DNA of 56,583 nt, filler included, from Basidiobolus ranarum (taxonomy: Eukaryota), in NCBI GenBank assembly GCA_040143965.1. It is 6 parts of 6 records of this genome, joined end to end, with 100 filler letters (N's around TTAATTAATTAA, not from the genome) between each part and the next. Parts side by side here need not be neighbours in the genome. Positions count along the whole stretch, not along the records: positions 37,821 to 47,154 come from JASJQH010000840.1; positions 47,255 to 56,583 come from JASJQH010000841.1; 4 more parts are not named here. One strand, 5' to 3'. Each line of letters starts with the position of its first letter. Positions within the stretch are counted from its first letter, which is position 1. A program made the position numbers and the translations under genes. Positions 38,565-53,200 of the stretch are shown one piece after another. Under the pieces are notes generated by a model. The model worked only from the letters and a program-made list of their open reading frames with translations. It did no database searches and was not told the origin of the DNA.

Positions 38565-39280
38565 CTGTCATCAACAAGGCTTTGGCTAAATTTACGCATC
38601 CCTTATAGGGTGAGATGAAAGGGCAACCAAGAGATGTGTGCTGTAGTGCATTCCTTCAGTTCCAATAACAAACTCGCCATCGAACAAAAGTCTCTAAAGA
38701 CCCGAGAAATTGGGAAATTTGCGATGCTGAAGGGAACCAACCTAACAAACACTATTATTCGGAAATCTCATGCACCTTAATAGTCCACGACAATCAATCC
38801 ATGACAGTCAATCTACGATGCAGACAGACAATCGACGACCATCATGCGCGTTAACTATCCGTTTCTCACTTGGAGGTGGTTGGTGGTAATTCTACTATTA
38901 ATCTCAACCATTGTATATATCTATTATCAATCCCTGCCATTATTCGTGTACATCATTATATATAAGCCAGCCAATCAGATCCTTGATTGCCATATGCAAC
39001 AGTACAAAGACATAATCTCGAAAGTAAATACAACAATCCAAGAGAACTAGGTGTGTCATTAGTGATTTTACTCACTACATGATAACGTGAAGTTACATCC
39101 TGGTGATACATCTAGCTGCATGTAAAGATCCAACATACTAAGCGTGATTCTGTCCACGTTAACCTGGAGTAAGCCCTATATATAACCGACTCGGAACATC
39201 GATTCTTTCACACTACTTCAATTTTTGACTCAATAGAGGCTGATAAGCCCAAATCTACATCACTATCAATATACAATAAT

Positions 39281-40952
39281 ATGACATCTGCAAGACAATT
39301 TAGAGCGTCCCCCTATCGTGTCTCTAGAGATTCCGAGTCTCCCAGAGATATCTCATTGAACTGGCAAAGTCCCGAGGTACTATAAATTCATCACTTGTCT
39401 TATTCCCCACCCATTCTATTCCGATATGTGTTTGAATATATTCTAAAAGCTCATTGTTATCAGTGGAAAAATAGCCAAGAGGACTTCTTCACTATTCTAG
39501 ACAAGCCAGCTAACATTTCCGAGTGGAAACAAGGGAAAGCAAAGTGTATCAAAGGGCCATGGACACCAGATGTAATGTTCCGCGACGTCTTACTCTTCCC
39601 TTCTTTTCAATACTAACCAAATCTTTTGGTGACTTCAATTAGGAGGACAAAAAGTTAGTCGAATTAGTTCGAGAACTAGGCGCTGAGAAATGGGTTCTGA
39701 TTGCGAGCCGATTGAGCTCACGAACCGGTAAACAATGCCGTGAAAGGTATGTAGCCAACTGTACCAACTACTGGTGTTTCAAATTTCTAATCCACGTTTC
39801 TGAAAGATGGCACAATCATTTAGACCCAAGAAGTAAGTCTATACCACCTTTTTCTACTTGATATAGACATATACTAATCTATCTTTACCACTATCACAGT
39901 TGACAAATCTCCATTCACTCCTGAAGAAGAGGACTTGATTTTTAGACTTTACTCCCAAATGGGTAGTAAATGGGCTGAGATGTCAAAACTCATGCCTGGC
40001 CGGTAAATTCTCTTTCATCTAGATATTAGTCGGAATTTTTTGAGCTAACCTATCTTTGCTTTCAAGACCTGATAATGCTATCAAGAATTACTTCAACACT
40101 ACCATGCAGCGTAAAAGAAGAAGAATGAAGGTTCATTCGGGTTCTGAAAGCACCCAGATTCTCTCCAAACGCAATGAAGGTAGCATTCCACTTTTTATTG
40201 AGCATAGTGGTAGACTCCATCTAATATGTGACCTTATTGGCTTAGGTATAAACGTCGTATCCAACGAAATTATGGATCCAAAGACGGTCATGCTGCCATC
40301 ATTTCGTACATCTGAAGCACACAAAGATATGTCGCTTAATCCATCCTCTGGCTTTGTTGAGCAACGTCTGTACAATCTCCGACATGATACTTCTGCCCCC
40401 TACAACAGTAATTAGCTTATATTCTAATTGGGCACTTTGCGGTCACTAACTTCTTTGATTTCCAGGCCCAAAGTTGACCCAGCCAATGCTTCCACCACTG
40501 CGATTTGATACGCTTATGACTGGTCGAATCATCACATCACCACAAACTCCCGAAGATTTTGAATTGCCAGTCCCATTATTGTATGTTTAAGGAGAGTTCA
40601 CTAATTTCTTCATTGCAAAAGTATTAATATGCTTTGTACTATTTAGTAAACCTTTCCTTTCTGGCCCGTACGAGCACTCTCGACCAGTAAGTGTTTAGAG
40701 AACATCGCTTCGTTATGATTGTATATACTTACATCTTCACAACAGTTACTTCCAAGCTTAACTTCCTCTTATCTCGGGCTCAAGATCAACAGCCCATGCA
40801 TGTCGAGTTCCCAAGAATCTCCAAGTAGCTCCTCAAGTTCGATTGGTTTTCCAGATAAGCCTGAGAGAAGCTCTGATGAGAGTGAAGATGAGGACAAAGT
40901 AGAAGTGTTTCGAGAAAATCCAATGCGCATTGACAACATCTGCTCCAACTAG
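39281..40952 (+). CDS. R2R3 c-Myb-like transcription factor, multi-exon
   Basis: IKGPWTPD|EDKKLVELV...KWVLIA..L..RTGKQCRER|WHNHLDP, then PFTPEEEDLI...MGSKWAEMSKLMPGR|PDNAIKNYFN. Ends MRIDNICSN*. Confidence 0.92.
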
Positions 40953-43782
40953 ATCCTGTTACATCATGTAGCACCATAGAAGGGCTCTTTTAGACGGTTA
41001 CTTATCTTGCTTGTCGACAGTTGACAAGTTCCTGTTTATTTTATATTTGTTGAACTTCTTTCACCAAGCTGGTTTAATGCGCCGCTCATTATTTTATTCA
41101 TAGAAAAGTAATATACCCTTGATCATACCGATACCGTCGTATTCCTTTACTTTATTCGATGTGAACTCAACTCATACATTTTGCAACTCAACTTCCATTA
41201 TATCTTTCAATCTCCACAAATACTCATTCATTATTCTATATATATATATGTATATCTATGTATGTATTATTAAATCAACATTGGCATCAAAGAAATTCCT
41301 GAGTTCTTTTAATATATAATATGCGTAAGTGCCTTAAATTCAGAGCTTATCTTTATGAAGTAGCAAGACTGTGGCTGGAAAGTTACTCACGAATACCTTT
41401 CCTGTCACGGGTCCATCATATCCTATTAAAGATAGTGAGGATAATTGGCAGATAACAGTATGATTTACGAGTCACTTGGTTGAATGGGTTTCCTACAATA
41501 TTGTTTATGGCAATATCTTTCTCCAGCTTTATCCTAGGGATATATTCTTGGTTAAGAAGGGTATTTGAGAGAAGCAGGGTGTTAGAGAGGATTAATGAAG
41601 CGATAGTTATTAAGTTCTTAGAGGCAATGAAGAGGTGGGGTTAGAATGATTGCTAATGCTCTTTCTAAATATTCAAAGAATGAATCTTCCACGTATATAC
41701 TAACTGAGATTATTTATTTTGAATGATAGAGCCCCGGCTGGCTTAGATCAGTCCCAGTATCAGTAGTACTTGTATAAACAAGTATAGGGTTGGCCATAAC
41801 AAGTTGACCATAGCTGAAAGAACAGTAAAGCGTCCAAATGCAATTCTTTGATCATAACTAATACTAACGGAGCGGACGGTAATTGTTATCCTTGGCCATG
41901 AGAAGGATACGATCAGAGTCATTGACAAATACAATTCTAAGACAGTGCAAGTCGTGACAGTATGTCAGTGAGAATATCCACTTGAGGGTTGTTTCATAAT
42001 TTGCTATCATAGACTACTAGCTTTACGATTCTCAGTAAGGTGATAAATAAATCAAATAAACCTTTGTTTGATATTGGTTGTTGAATTACCGAGTGTAATT
42101 GTCAGAGTCAGATGACTGTGAAACTCACCACTAGTGATCTTGGCTGTATATTTCAGAAGTAGAGGGCTCTTGAGTGAAAACTAAGTAGAACTGGTAGACC
42201 GTAGAGTAGGTACTGCAGGGTGGATAGTTTCTGGAACGAGGTGACAGCATTTTCCTCAGAGCTGCAGGGGTAATCATAATGCTCTTGCTAGCAGACATGC
42301 ACTCGTGGTGTTTGGTGCTTCCAATACACTATCTGATAGTGATATAAAATAGGCGTTAAGGAAACATCTATATCATATAAAGTAACGTCTAGCTCAATAA
42401 AGTAAAAAAGTGTATTAATCCATTTCTATGAGTACGATAGCTACTTGGAGGAAAGCTGCTATTGCAAACATGCTACCCTATCTCGGATACTATGGAAAAT
42501 GTGGAGGAAGTGGCAGTAATGGCGGAGGAGCTCTAATTCCTCTGAACTGTAGAAACTATATTTTGGTCAATAATTATCGCACTTATACATTCATACATAG
42601 GTCCTTTAGTAGTCTTACTATTAAGAAGACTTAATTGCAAAACCAATAAATTCATTTTTTTAAAGAAAAACCTGGTCCACCAAGCTATGTTTATAATCTT
42701 ATTACTTCAATGATTCCCATTAGTTATATTGCTTCCTTCCATAGCTATTTACTCATTTACCAGGGGGAAATAGTTTCAACCGATAATCCCACAATGTATG
42801 CTACTTATGTAAAGTGACACTAGCATACATTATAGTCCGTAGAAAGGAAGAAAGACGCCAGTTCAATACGTTTTATTTCAAGTAAACGTAAATTCTAACA
42901 GTAACACCTAGTTGATGCATCATACTAAGTGTTTTAATTACCAAAGCTGTTGTCTAAGCGTGGGTCAGTTTATCATACAATGTCAAATGTGGTAATATGA
43001 CACTATCAAAGCCTATAGTTGTAGTTGCTCTGAAAATAATACCAATTTGAAATCTCTCCTACCTGCAATAATAATACTTATATTATTCCATTTTTAGCAA
43101 TGCGGTATTTTTGCCCTCATAATGATCCGCATCTCTGGTATATATTACTTATAGATGGAAATGATAATGTAAGTTAGAAATCAGGCACGCGTAATCAAAA
43201 TATTACAAATTAGTGAACATGTTGCAACAGAAGGGGAGGCTTTTTCCAAGTAGAATTCATAAAAGCTAGTATTGAGTTCAATGGTGGCGTAATCAAAATA
43301 TACACATCACTTTATACCATGCATAAGTTAGATGGAAAACTAAGGAGTGGCTTAGTAACATGTGATCGAATGTACCACTAGTAAGCCAGATTAGAGATTA
43401 AGCTGGGAAATCAAAGGATGAGCCAGCTATATAGTTAACGATGGTATGGATACTATAGAATATTCTCATATACCTTAAAGTTACTTGATCTGTGTCTGAC
43501 TAACAAACACAACCACACTGAAGCAAGAATACTCTTTGTAGTTGAAATACATAGAAACCCGTAGGTTTACTACGATTTCTGAGCATTACACTACAGGAAT
43601 GCATTATTCTTTATGGGCCGTAAGCAGCCTGGCTGAGAGAGGACATTTTAAATTGGGATTGATCAGAATGATGACAAAAGCTCATTTTAGCAATAAATAG
43701 TTGAAGTAATGTTTCGTATTTATTCTAAAACCGCTAGTAATGCTGGTAATTAATACAAAAGTATAAAGCATGTTGTAGTGCT

Positions 43783-45004
43783 TCAATTTTTGACTGAGAA
43801 AGGAAGGGCTCTTCCTTCCAAGCCAGCCATTAAATTATCAATGGCGATACAGCCCATAGCGTTTCTAGTTTCTACGGTACCACTACCAATGTGCGGTAAT
43901 ATTACGCACTTTTTGAATTTGAAAAGTGGATGATCTACGGGTAATGGCTCCGGTGTAGTTACATCTAAACCGACCCCACCAAGTAGATCCTCCTCTAGAG
44001 CACGCACTAAATCATCCTGTTGGACTATACCTCCTCTAGAGGGATTAACGAAAATAACATTACGCTTCATATTGTTAAACGCGTCATAGTTAACAGTTCG
44101 CGTGTGTCATCGGTTATTGGCCAACATATTATAAACCCGTCTTCTTCTTTTAATAAATTATCGAAGTCTGTAAATTGAGCGTTTAATCTTGAGGCTTGTT
44201 CTTTACGCTGGTGTCGTCCGTGATATAAGACACGAGAGATTCCAAACGCCTTCAAACGAGTCGCTGATGCTTCCCCAATGCGACCAAGGCCAACTACTCC
44301 TAACGTTTTATTAGTCAGTTGGCTACCAAGCAACCAGGAAGGATCTCCACTTTTCCAACTTCCGTTTCTCGCCGCATCGATGCTCTCAGAAATTCGACGT
44401 GCAGCGAGTAATACTAAAGAAGTTGTTAAATCTGCTGTGGCATCAGTCAGTACGCCAGGAGTATTACCAACTTTAACGTTATATTCGCTACATACTGGAA
44501 TATCAATATGATCGTAACCAACACTAAAAGTTGATATAACCTAATTGAACGAGCCACATTAACAGGTGGATTGATTAATAGGTTTTCTTGGCAAATTACC
44601 TTTAGTTGAGGACCTGAATAGCAAGTATTATGAACAGTTTCCGTCAAACGTATAACTCAAATGAACTTACCAGCTGCTTCAAGAGCCTCTCTATTTATTT
44701 TTTCAGTACCCCTACAAATGATACCATCCATACCTAAGTAAAGCTTTAAGATTGAAGTTCTTCTCATTAGGTAGAATATCTATAAAAGTTGATACCTTTG
44801 ATTTGTTTTAAGAATTCTTCACGCGTTTTAGGTGCCTTCCATTGAATAATATCTAGCCTAACAATTTATACTTAGTTTCCCCAACATACTCTTTAAGATC
44901 AAACTTACAGTGACATACGTTTCTTGTTGCTCTAATTTTCTCTGAGCTTCTTCAGGAAAAATACGGGTCACCAAAACACGATATTTCTTTTGGTGATTAT
45001 TCAT
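43783..45004 (-). CDS. Glyoxylate/hydroxypyruvate reductase (D-2-hydroxyacid dehydrogenase) with one frameshift near 44090
   Basis: VLVTR, LKVISTFSVGYDHID, VGNTPGVLTDATAD, GVVGLGRIG, FVNPSRG, GLDVTTPEPL, LPHIGS. Adding one T at ctgTTaac restores LFNYDAFNNMK. Confidence 0.88.
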
Positions 45005-46943
45005 AATGTGGTAAGTATGAGTACTCAAAGAATAGTCTAAGCTTTCGTGTATGTAGGAAGCGTTTAGTACGAGTATGGCTGCTGATGTCATCGATTTACC
45101 ATATTACCCTGGGAATAAAAATATACCGAGATTCCTAGCCTCTCTAACGCATCATTTCAACTGACCAGCTCTAAGTTAATCCAAGATTGATTGATCTTTG
45201 GTCCAAATATCAGTATCAACTTTAACGGAGGAACTTAAGATAGCTGCACTATTCAACTGCTATCGAAAATAGTCTGCTCGTTTTTGACAAGGACTCCTTT
45301 CCCATTGTTAAGATTAAACCCAACCTTTGGTATTGACCGTTTACAGCACTTAACATCTACTCTATGTATACACTATTCGCTATGAAATACGGTTTCCGAC
45401 CATACGATATCAGCAAATTTTTATTCTTCTGAGCTTAGTATGTTCTAATGTGGTTTTATAACTAGTGAAATATTGTTATGAATCAATCCAGACTGCTGCC
45501 ATACAATCATACTTCTCAACATTCAATAAATCTGAATTTATCAGTTCTCCTTGTATTTTGCTTTATCTAAATAAACATATTTATTTAATTATGCTAACGG
45601 AAATATGAGTGGGAGAATAAGATTCTATCGTTTTCCATCTGATGCAGGAGGAAAAGCATCATTAAGATGTATTCTTTAGTTGTAAATGCATAAAGAGCCA
45701 GGTTAAGCACTATTAAGTTTTATTATGCGAATTAAAGCTTTGTGGAGGATGTTTTAACATTGGAGTTATTGTGAATTTGGGTATAGATGTTGTGGTAAGG
45801 GTGAGGATGAAAAGAGGGGTCTGGGGATGCAGTCCCCCCAGTATAAATTATTAACTCTTATAACTGTAAGTATGTATACACATATCTAGTGACTGATAAA
45901 CATGATTTACAAGTTTGTCAATAAATTCATTTGAATAGGAAAGGGCTATAATATACATATTCGTAGAAATAATGCATCACAACTAAACAAGGAATTAAAC
46001 ATATAACCCAGAAGTCAAGTTCAGTATCTATCCATTTGCAATCGTTTGCTCCACGTTAGTTTATCAATCAAATAGCATTGGGTAAACTGGATAAACCAAG
46101 TATGAATATCTGTGACATAATACGGGCAGGATTAGATTCTTTGGCTTATTTTAGCAAAGTTGAATGCAAGCGAGACCTCTCCCCTGTAAGATTAGTTTAA
46201 ACATACTTAAAGATAGTCCAGACAAGGGATCAAAATCAAGTCCAACAAAAAAATTCACCATCTTTAATGAATTTCAAACAGCGTTACAAAATCCACCAAA
46301 ACACGGGAGAATATCTAGAATAGCATTCCTATTGCCTTGTTACATTATCTGCCATATTCTTGTTTCAATTTGCCCGACCTTAGTCGAATCGGAATAATCG
46401 AATTGATTGATGTGATTAATCAAATTCGGCTGATTGCTAACTTACAGACGATTGTTCGAATCTGTTAATATTACAAGTATCAATTATTTAGTTATCTCTT
46501 ATTGATTGGTACTTCTTAGATAGTAGTCGATCCGCTGTTAATTGCAGTAAGTGCCTGTAAAAAGTTGATATATATCTCATACTAAGGCTCATTCACCATA
46601 AGCGACTTGCTTGCTCTATATTTAAGAAACAAAATTGGATTCTTCAATGTTCATAGTGAAGAATGCCAAATAGATATAAATAAGATCAAATAGTAACCAA
46701 TTCGATTGCTGATTACATTAGGAAATTTAGTTAATTCAAGAGATTTTTGTTGACGTATTGCTTCCAGACTTTCAAGTTTAGATCATGTGTATACTCAAAA
46801 TCTTTATTTCTGTTGGAGGATCTTGACATAATGGGGGTAGACTTTGAGTGTTAGAAGCAACTTATGATAGTGTGTTTTAGTTGATTTATTCTCAAGAGTA
46901 TATGGTGACTTATATAGTAGAAAAGTAAATCAATTGTTTGAGA

Positions 46944-47154
46944 TATTCAGGAGTTTGTGTAATAAGATATTGTTGGATAATTAATCTTTATTCAACTTCA
47001 TAGTTAACTTTAGTTATGATACATATATCAGAAACAGAAAGCAACATATCTATAGCCCCTATATTCTAAATAGGAATATCTCTATATCTATATAACAAGT
47101 ATATCTTATTACCCCCACTTATCTATTATATCTTATTACGCAAACTCCTGAATA
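46944..47154. mobile_element. MITE-like element, 211 bp, 27-bp terminal inverted repeats
   Basis: TATTCAGGAGTTTGTGTAATAAGATAT at the left end and its reverse complement (1 mismatch) at the right end. AT-rich non-coding interior. The right end abuts the contig end. Confidence 0.55.
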
Positions 47155-47254
47155 NNNNNNNNNNNNNNNNNNNNNNNNNNNNNNNNNNNNNNNNNNNNTT
47201 AATTAATTAANNNNNNNNNNNNNNNNNNNNNNNNNNNNNNNNNNNNNNNNNNNN
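47155..47254. other. Artificial contig linker
   Basis: N run + TTAATTAATTAA + N run, 100 bp. Confidence 0.97.
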
Positions 47255-50200
47255 AACTGCAGTGAAAAAAAATCAGAGATACAAAATAAACAAGGCTCAG
47301 GTTTCTATCATATGATTTGAAGATCTAATTGTCATGAGCTATGATATATAGTTTATAGACTGATCTCAATTTATCAAGGTAAAATGAAGAAAAAAGAAAG
47401 GTAAAGTAATACTAACTGGTAGCCACTATGAAATTTCCATAGGAATGAGAGTTGCACAGGGAGTATGACTTGATGATATGAGCATAGTCTGTATAGTGCC
47501 CTGACTTATATTAACAGGAAAAGCAAATTAAACAATGAATGAAAAGTACAAGAGGAATTAGAGGCAAGGTACATGTAGCATTGCTTTCAATGCTAGCTTA
47601 TGAGTGATAGAGTTAGAAATGATTAGAGACAGGGGTGATATGCCACTTTTAGAAATATTTCTGTGCAATGAAGGATACCAGCCATTGCAGCTGCTAGATT
47701 GTAGGACATTTATTCTAATTTGGTGTGTATTGCTTTGCCATAATAGATATGTGTTATTCAAGCACACAATATCTGGAGGTAAGAAATTGTTTCTTCTATG
47801 CTTTTGTCTCTCTAAAAGCTCTTGAGTAGAATTTATCATCAGGTGTTGCTTGCATGATATGACACTTCCTCATATAAGCTAGGTATACTATACATATTGG
47901 TGTTTCACTTCAAATATCATATCACCCTAACAGAGGCTATTGAACAAGTTATGTCATCAAAATACTCATCTTCCAGTTAATACAACTGGGGAAAGAACTT
48001 GACTTGACTCTGTTAATCATCAAATAGTTATATGTGGTCATTGATTTCAGTCTTTGCATGTTAGTACCATTTTGTTCTTGTTATATATATGTTGACTTTA
48101 TTAAATGATAACTCATTGTTATCAATGAATTTAGCATTCTCCAGACCAATGTCATGCTAAAACTATAGAATGAGTTACTGCAAGAGCAATGATTGAGACT
48201 ATAGTATTTGAAATCAATACATTCCTCAGCACTGCTCCAAGTTGGCAGCCTATCTGATGATCAGAAATGAAAGTTATCAATTAGTGCTGATACATGCTTT
48301 GTATTTTCATAAAATTGGAATTGAACTGATTTTGACAGTCCTTTGTTACCTGCATTAATAGATGTACTAATTTGACTAGAGAGTGATTACCAACCTGTGT
48401 TAGGATGAAAAATGGTGATAAATAGGTGTGGTATAAAGTTACTTGCACAGTGATTGTTCAATCAGACTATGCCTTGCTTGATGATAATTGTGAATGTTGA
48501 AATAAACATTACATAACTAATCAATATGGTTGTTATTCTTCTAACTCCCAGCCAAGTTAAAAAGTTGTCAAGAATTAGTCATACTCCATACTAGCTATCT
48601 CTATTGCTGATGTACTTACTCCTTTGATAGAACCATTATTGCACTACCTATCCAAGAATGTTGAATATATTTTCTTTGTGCTTCATGTTAATTTTTTAAA
48701 ATGTTAGGCTTTGTTTGAAGATTCTGGCAAACCCCTGATTTACAAACTGAGAACACCAAATTACTAAGGAAACAGGGCACAAGTAACAATTTGCTAGATC
48801 TTAAAGATTAACTAGCTACACTAATCTCACAGTAGCAGTGCATGGTATCACATAAAGAAAAACTAATAAGTGAAATTGAGTCTTGGCAGTATTAGTGTGT
48901 TAGTTATGCTTGGAAAACATGCTCCCATTCAGATTGTGAAGATACAGGTGACAATATGGCAGGTGGCAGGTACTTGATCAGAAGAATAGTTGTAAATAAA
49001 GTATGACCTTTTGATAAGGCATTTCCAGTTGGATATAGTTGTGCTGCAATTCCTGACCATCTATTTTAATCTTCACTCAGCTATATCTTATATCATTGTA
49101 ATATATTCCCCTTAACATGCCCCATTGTGCATTTTTCTTGGCACTATACTGTGATCAGTCAGTACTCTGTAGCACTGCACAAACTATCAATTTGATGGTA
49201 TGTTATAAAGTGCAAGTTTCCTGGCACATACTATATGCAGCTACCACACCCTGTCTAATTTTTAAACAGGCTTTGGAACATTAAAACTTAGTATTTGACA
49301 TTTCCAATATTTACATTTTGAGTACCAATCTATCTATCCCTAGGCAATACTCTTGAGCACTTAATGGACTCTTTTGGAATGTTTCCTAATTCTGCTGTTC
49401 TTTATAAGTGTGTCCTACTTGCATCACAACTCTCACAATCAACAAATACCATTTTTTACTATCATATCTTCCACTGTGAGCACCTCTCTTAGTGGTGTTA
49501 ATATTAGTTATTTCTTGGTTCAAAACTTATGTTGAATGTTCCCAGTGCTAGGGACTTTGTTGATTGTTATTTGAGTAAAACTAATGCCCATTGCTTGCAT
49601 CATCATCTCCTCATCAGTTGTTATTAGATACTAGATTGTCATATGTTGGCACTCCATAGCACTTTGTAGAAATGCCCAAACTATTACAATTGGCTGCTAC
49701 TTTTTGTTACCTTATCTGCTCTTTAGAGATACTGCTTAAACAGTTTTCAGCAATCATTGGTTTCTGTGACCATACTATTAAGTGCTGAATGATGCTTTTT
49801 GTACCTATCATTCTATACTTCAGGCTCTTACGATCTGTGACATTTCTTGACATTATGACCTTGGTTAATTGTGCTTCTTCTTTAGCACTTTGCCAATGCT
49901 TTTCTCAGTGCTCCCCATACCCCTATTTCATCGTTCTGAATTTTCATCATTTAGTAGCATTCTTGAGCAACCTGCATATTCCTGTTGAAATGTTTGCTAC
50001 ACTAGTTGTGTCTTAACATCAAACATGTGCTCTATTTCCTCCGTCTTTAGGTTGCTCAAGTGTTAATGGTAAGTTATTCCCTATCTATGCAATTCTTAGC
50101 AATTGTAATTGTTGATTAGTCATTTTTATTTGTTGCCTTTGCTTTATGAATCTCCCATATGGATTGCTCCTTGGTATTGTATCTCTCATTTTTCACCAGT

Positions 50201-53200
50201 GGTCTTTTACACTTCAAAGACTTTGCATTATATGATCACTACACTAGAGGCTTCTTTGCATCACATTCTTTGGCTTTGGCTGGTAGTTTTCAGGTCTTAC
50301 TTAACTCTGTTCTTAAGGACTTTAGAAGTGCTCCTGCAATTATCATCTATCTTATATTCTAACTTCAGGTCTATTATCTATCAAAAAGTTTGGCCATTTC
50401 ACAAGTCTGCATCTAAATCCTCATTTCAGTATACAGGTTTTGACTACAAGTCTATTACTCTCAAGGTAAAGATAAAACTGTTTGGAGCTTGTGAATATTT
50501 GGTCGTGTATTAGAATCTTGAATTACAGACTTTAAATTCATTGCATTGAACATAACTTATCAATAGTTTAATAGGCAATAAGATCAATGGATGAACTTAG
50601 GTAATAAAAATCATACCTTTAATAATGGCTGAGGGTGGGTGAATAGTGGTATTGGAATGATAGTGTAGTAATGGTATTTTACTGTGGAAAGAAATGTTTG
50701 CTTTAAAAGGTGTGAGAAACCCTATATATACTAAAATTCATTCTTCAGGTGAGCAGATGGGCTGATGAGCAGATGATCAATCATCTGAAACTTTACCACT
50801 AATTTGGTGAATGCATTGACAAGTTATATTAGTATTGCCAACAAAGCAAAATCCATCAAGTTCTGGTTTACTACTAATAATTCAAGTTTCACCCCTGGCC
50901 CATAATAATGTAAAAGCTACACATAGAGGATCTGTTAAGAACTAATGACAACTTTGGACTAATTAGCAACTGCTGCTTTCTTTATGTTGCTTATACAACT
51001 ATTGATAGTATATCTGTATTGACTTCCCTAATGGCTGATGTACCAAATTTTATATTGAGATGAATAACCGTATTAGACTCACAAACTGCATGTTGAAAGG
51101 AAAGCCCTATCATATTTTCACATACTTAAGACTGTTGAGTCTCTGCTTTTAAAGTTTGCCATAATCATTGTTTCTTGGCTTCATACCCATGGCTCATCCT
51201 GATGGTATTTGGCACCGCATAAAATCTATTTTTAGCTAGTCACATACCTACATTTACTTGGTATCATAGCAATCTTGCATCACAGTAATACTTTTCATAC
51301 TTGAAAGATTCTCAAGCAGAAATATCTTAAATCATTCTTTGTTATCATTGTACCTTTGAACACTTATCAGTGGTCTTTAGAAAATTTTAAATGCCCCTTT
51401 GGTTATCTCCTGAATACTTGGTTTCCTAACACCATACCTTCTGCTATTTTCCAGCAGTCTTTTTGCTGCTTAAACTCTCTCTTTGGTGCATCCTGTACCA
51501 TTTGGTACCCAGTATACTATCTTCTGTTCAATGCCAGCCAGTGTTATCACTGCATAGAATATACTTTCAGTGGCCTCAAACCCATATACTTTTTACATCA
51601 TATATCTTATAGTTTGCAAGCAGTTCTTACTACTGCATTATCTCTGCTTTGAGTCCTTGCTAAACAGCTCCTTATTTTGCTACATTCCTTTAATCATTTG
51701 ATTATATTCTTTAGCACTGCATAGCAACTCATTCATATACATGTTTTAGCACCAGAACTTTAGTCATTTCTAAAACATTGTTGGCACTACATAGCCTCTC
51801 CTTTTTGTGCTTACCATGCCACCAGTGTCTCAGCACCAGATCTTTGGTTGTTTAACCATGCTATTAGGCACTATGTAGCCTCTGTTTGTAGTGGACTTGT
51901 TCCATTGTGCCAGGATTTATTGGACTTGGATCAATAAATAAGAGTAAGTGTGATTGAAATTGATCATGCCACAGGGTGATGGATAGTGCCAAATTGTGCC
52001 ACATAAATTTTAGAATAATTTGTCCAATATGATATATACAGCACTAAGCATTTTTACTTGGGTCTTTTATAAGGGCTCTTTGGCAATATCCCTAGCTTTT
52101 GGTGTTTCCAATACTGCTTGTTTTTTGTCACCATACTGTTTGCTATTTGATGGTATTCTTGAGCAAATGTATAACCTCTGCTTTGGTAATTCCCACAATA
52201 CTCACAATTTGTCACTGTATCTTTGGTATTTAATAGTTTACTTTGGCATTGCATAATCTACACTTTTAGTACTTCCCATAATGCACATTACTTGGCAATA
52301 TACCTCAGGTACTTGATGGTGTTATGTAGCAATATGTAACCTCTCCTTTTAGTATTTTCCATACCACTTATGTCTTTTAATCATGTCTTCTGCAATCAAT
52401 CAGATTTGTTAACACTACATAGACTCCCCTTGAAGCACTTAGCATGTTCATTGTTGTTTGGCACCATTCACTTTACTGTTTCTCCACAGCCATTAGCAGT
52501 GCTTAACTTCTTATTTCAGTACTTTCTATATTGGTTGTTGCTGTTAACCTTAACCTTTTGTTACTAGTCAACTCTCTTAATCACTGCTTAGACAACGCTT
52601 TAAGTGGATCTGTATCAATTTTCCTATGTCCCCATGCCATTTGTCTTTGGATAGCAGTCTTTAGCACATCAAGGACTCTTGTTTGCATCTTTTGCCCACC
52701 TGATCTCTGTTTTTGCCAAACCCCTAATTATTTTCCAGTATATGCCAAAACAGCATGGACTGTGTTTAAGTTTTCTCATACCACCAATTTCCTAGCACCA
52801 TACTATTCAAGGCTGGTCACTCATCTTTTGCACTGCATTGACTTTGCTTTAAGATCTTCCTGTTCTCATTGTTACTTAGCGCCATTTGTATTCTCATGGC
52901 TTGGTAGCTTTTTACACTACTTGAACTCTCCATTTAGTATTTCTAATATCTATTATTACCTAGCAACATAATTTTCATCATTTGTTGGCTATCTATACCA
53001 CTTTAGAGACTCTACTTCAAGTGGTTCCATCCACATTTTGTCTTGACACAATATAATTAGTCTTTTGCCAGCAGCAAGGTCTCTGTTTAGTATGTCTTAT
53101 TCTACTCCTTTCTTGGTACTTAATCTTGGTGATTGGTCTTTGGTAAATCTTAAGCTCTACTTTAAGTGTAGAGCATACCAGATACTTGATATCACACCCG

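Noticed and set aside
42792..42830. 11-bp inverted repeat aatgtatgcta/tagcatacatt
   Set aside because: Short and AT-rich, with no associated element.
45815..45841. GC-rich hairpin ggggtctggggatgcagtccccccag as a Helitron 3' end
   Set aside because: The nearest CTAG is about 45 bp away rather than about 11, and the stem is short; at most an unclassifiable repeat remnant.
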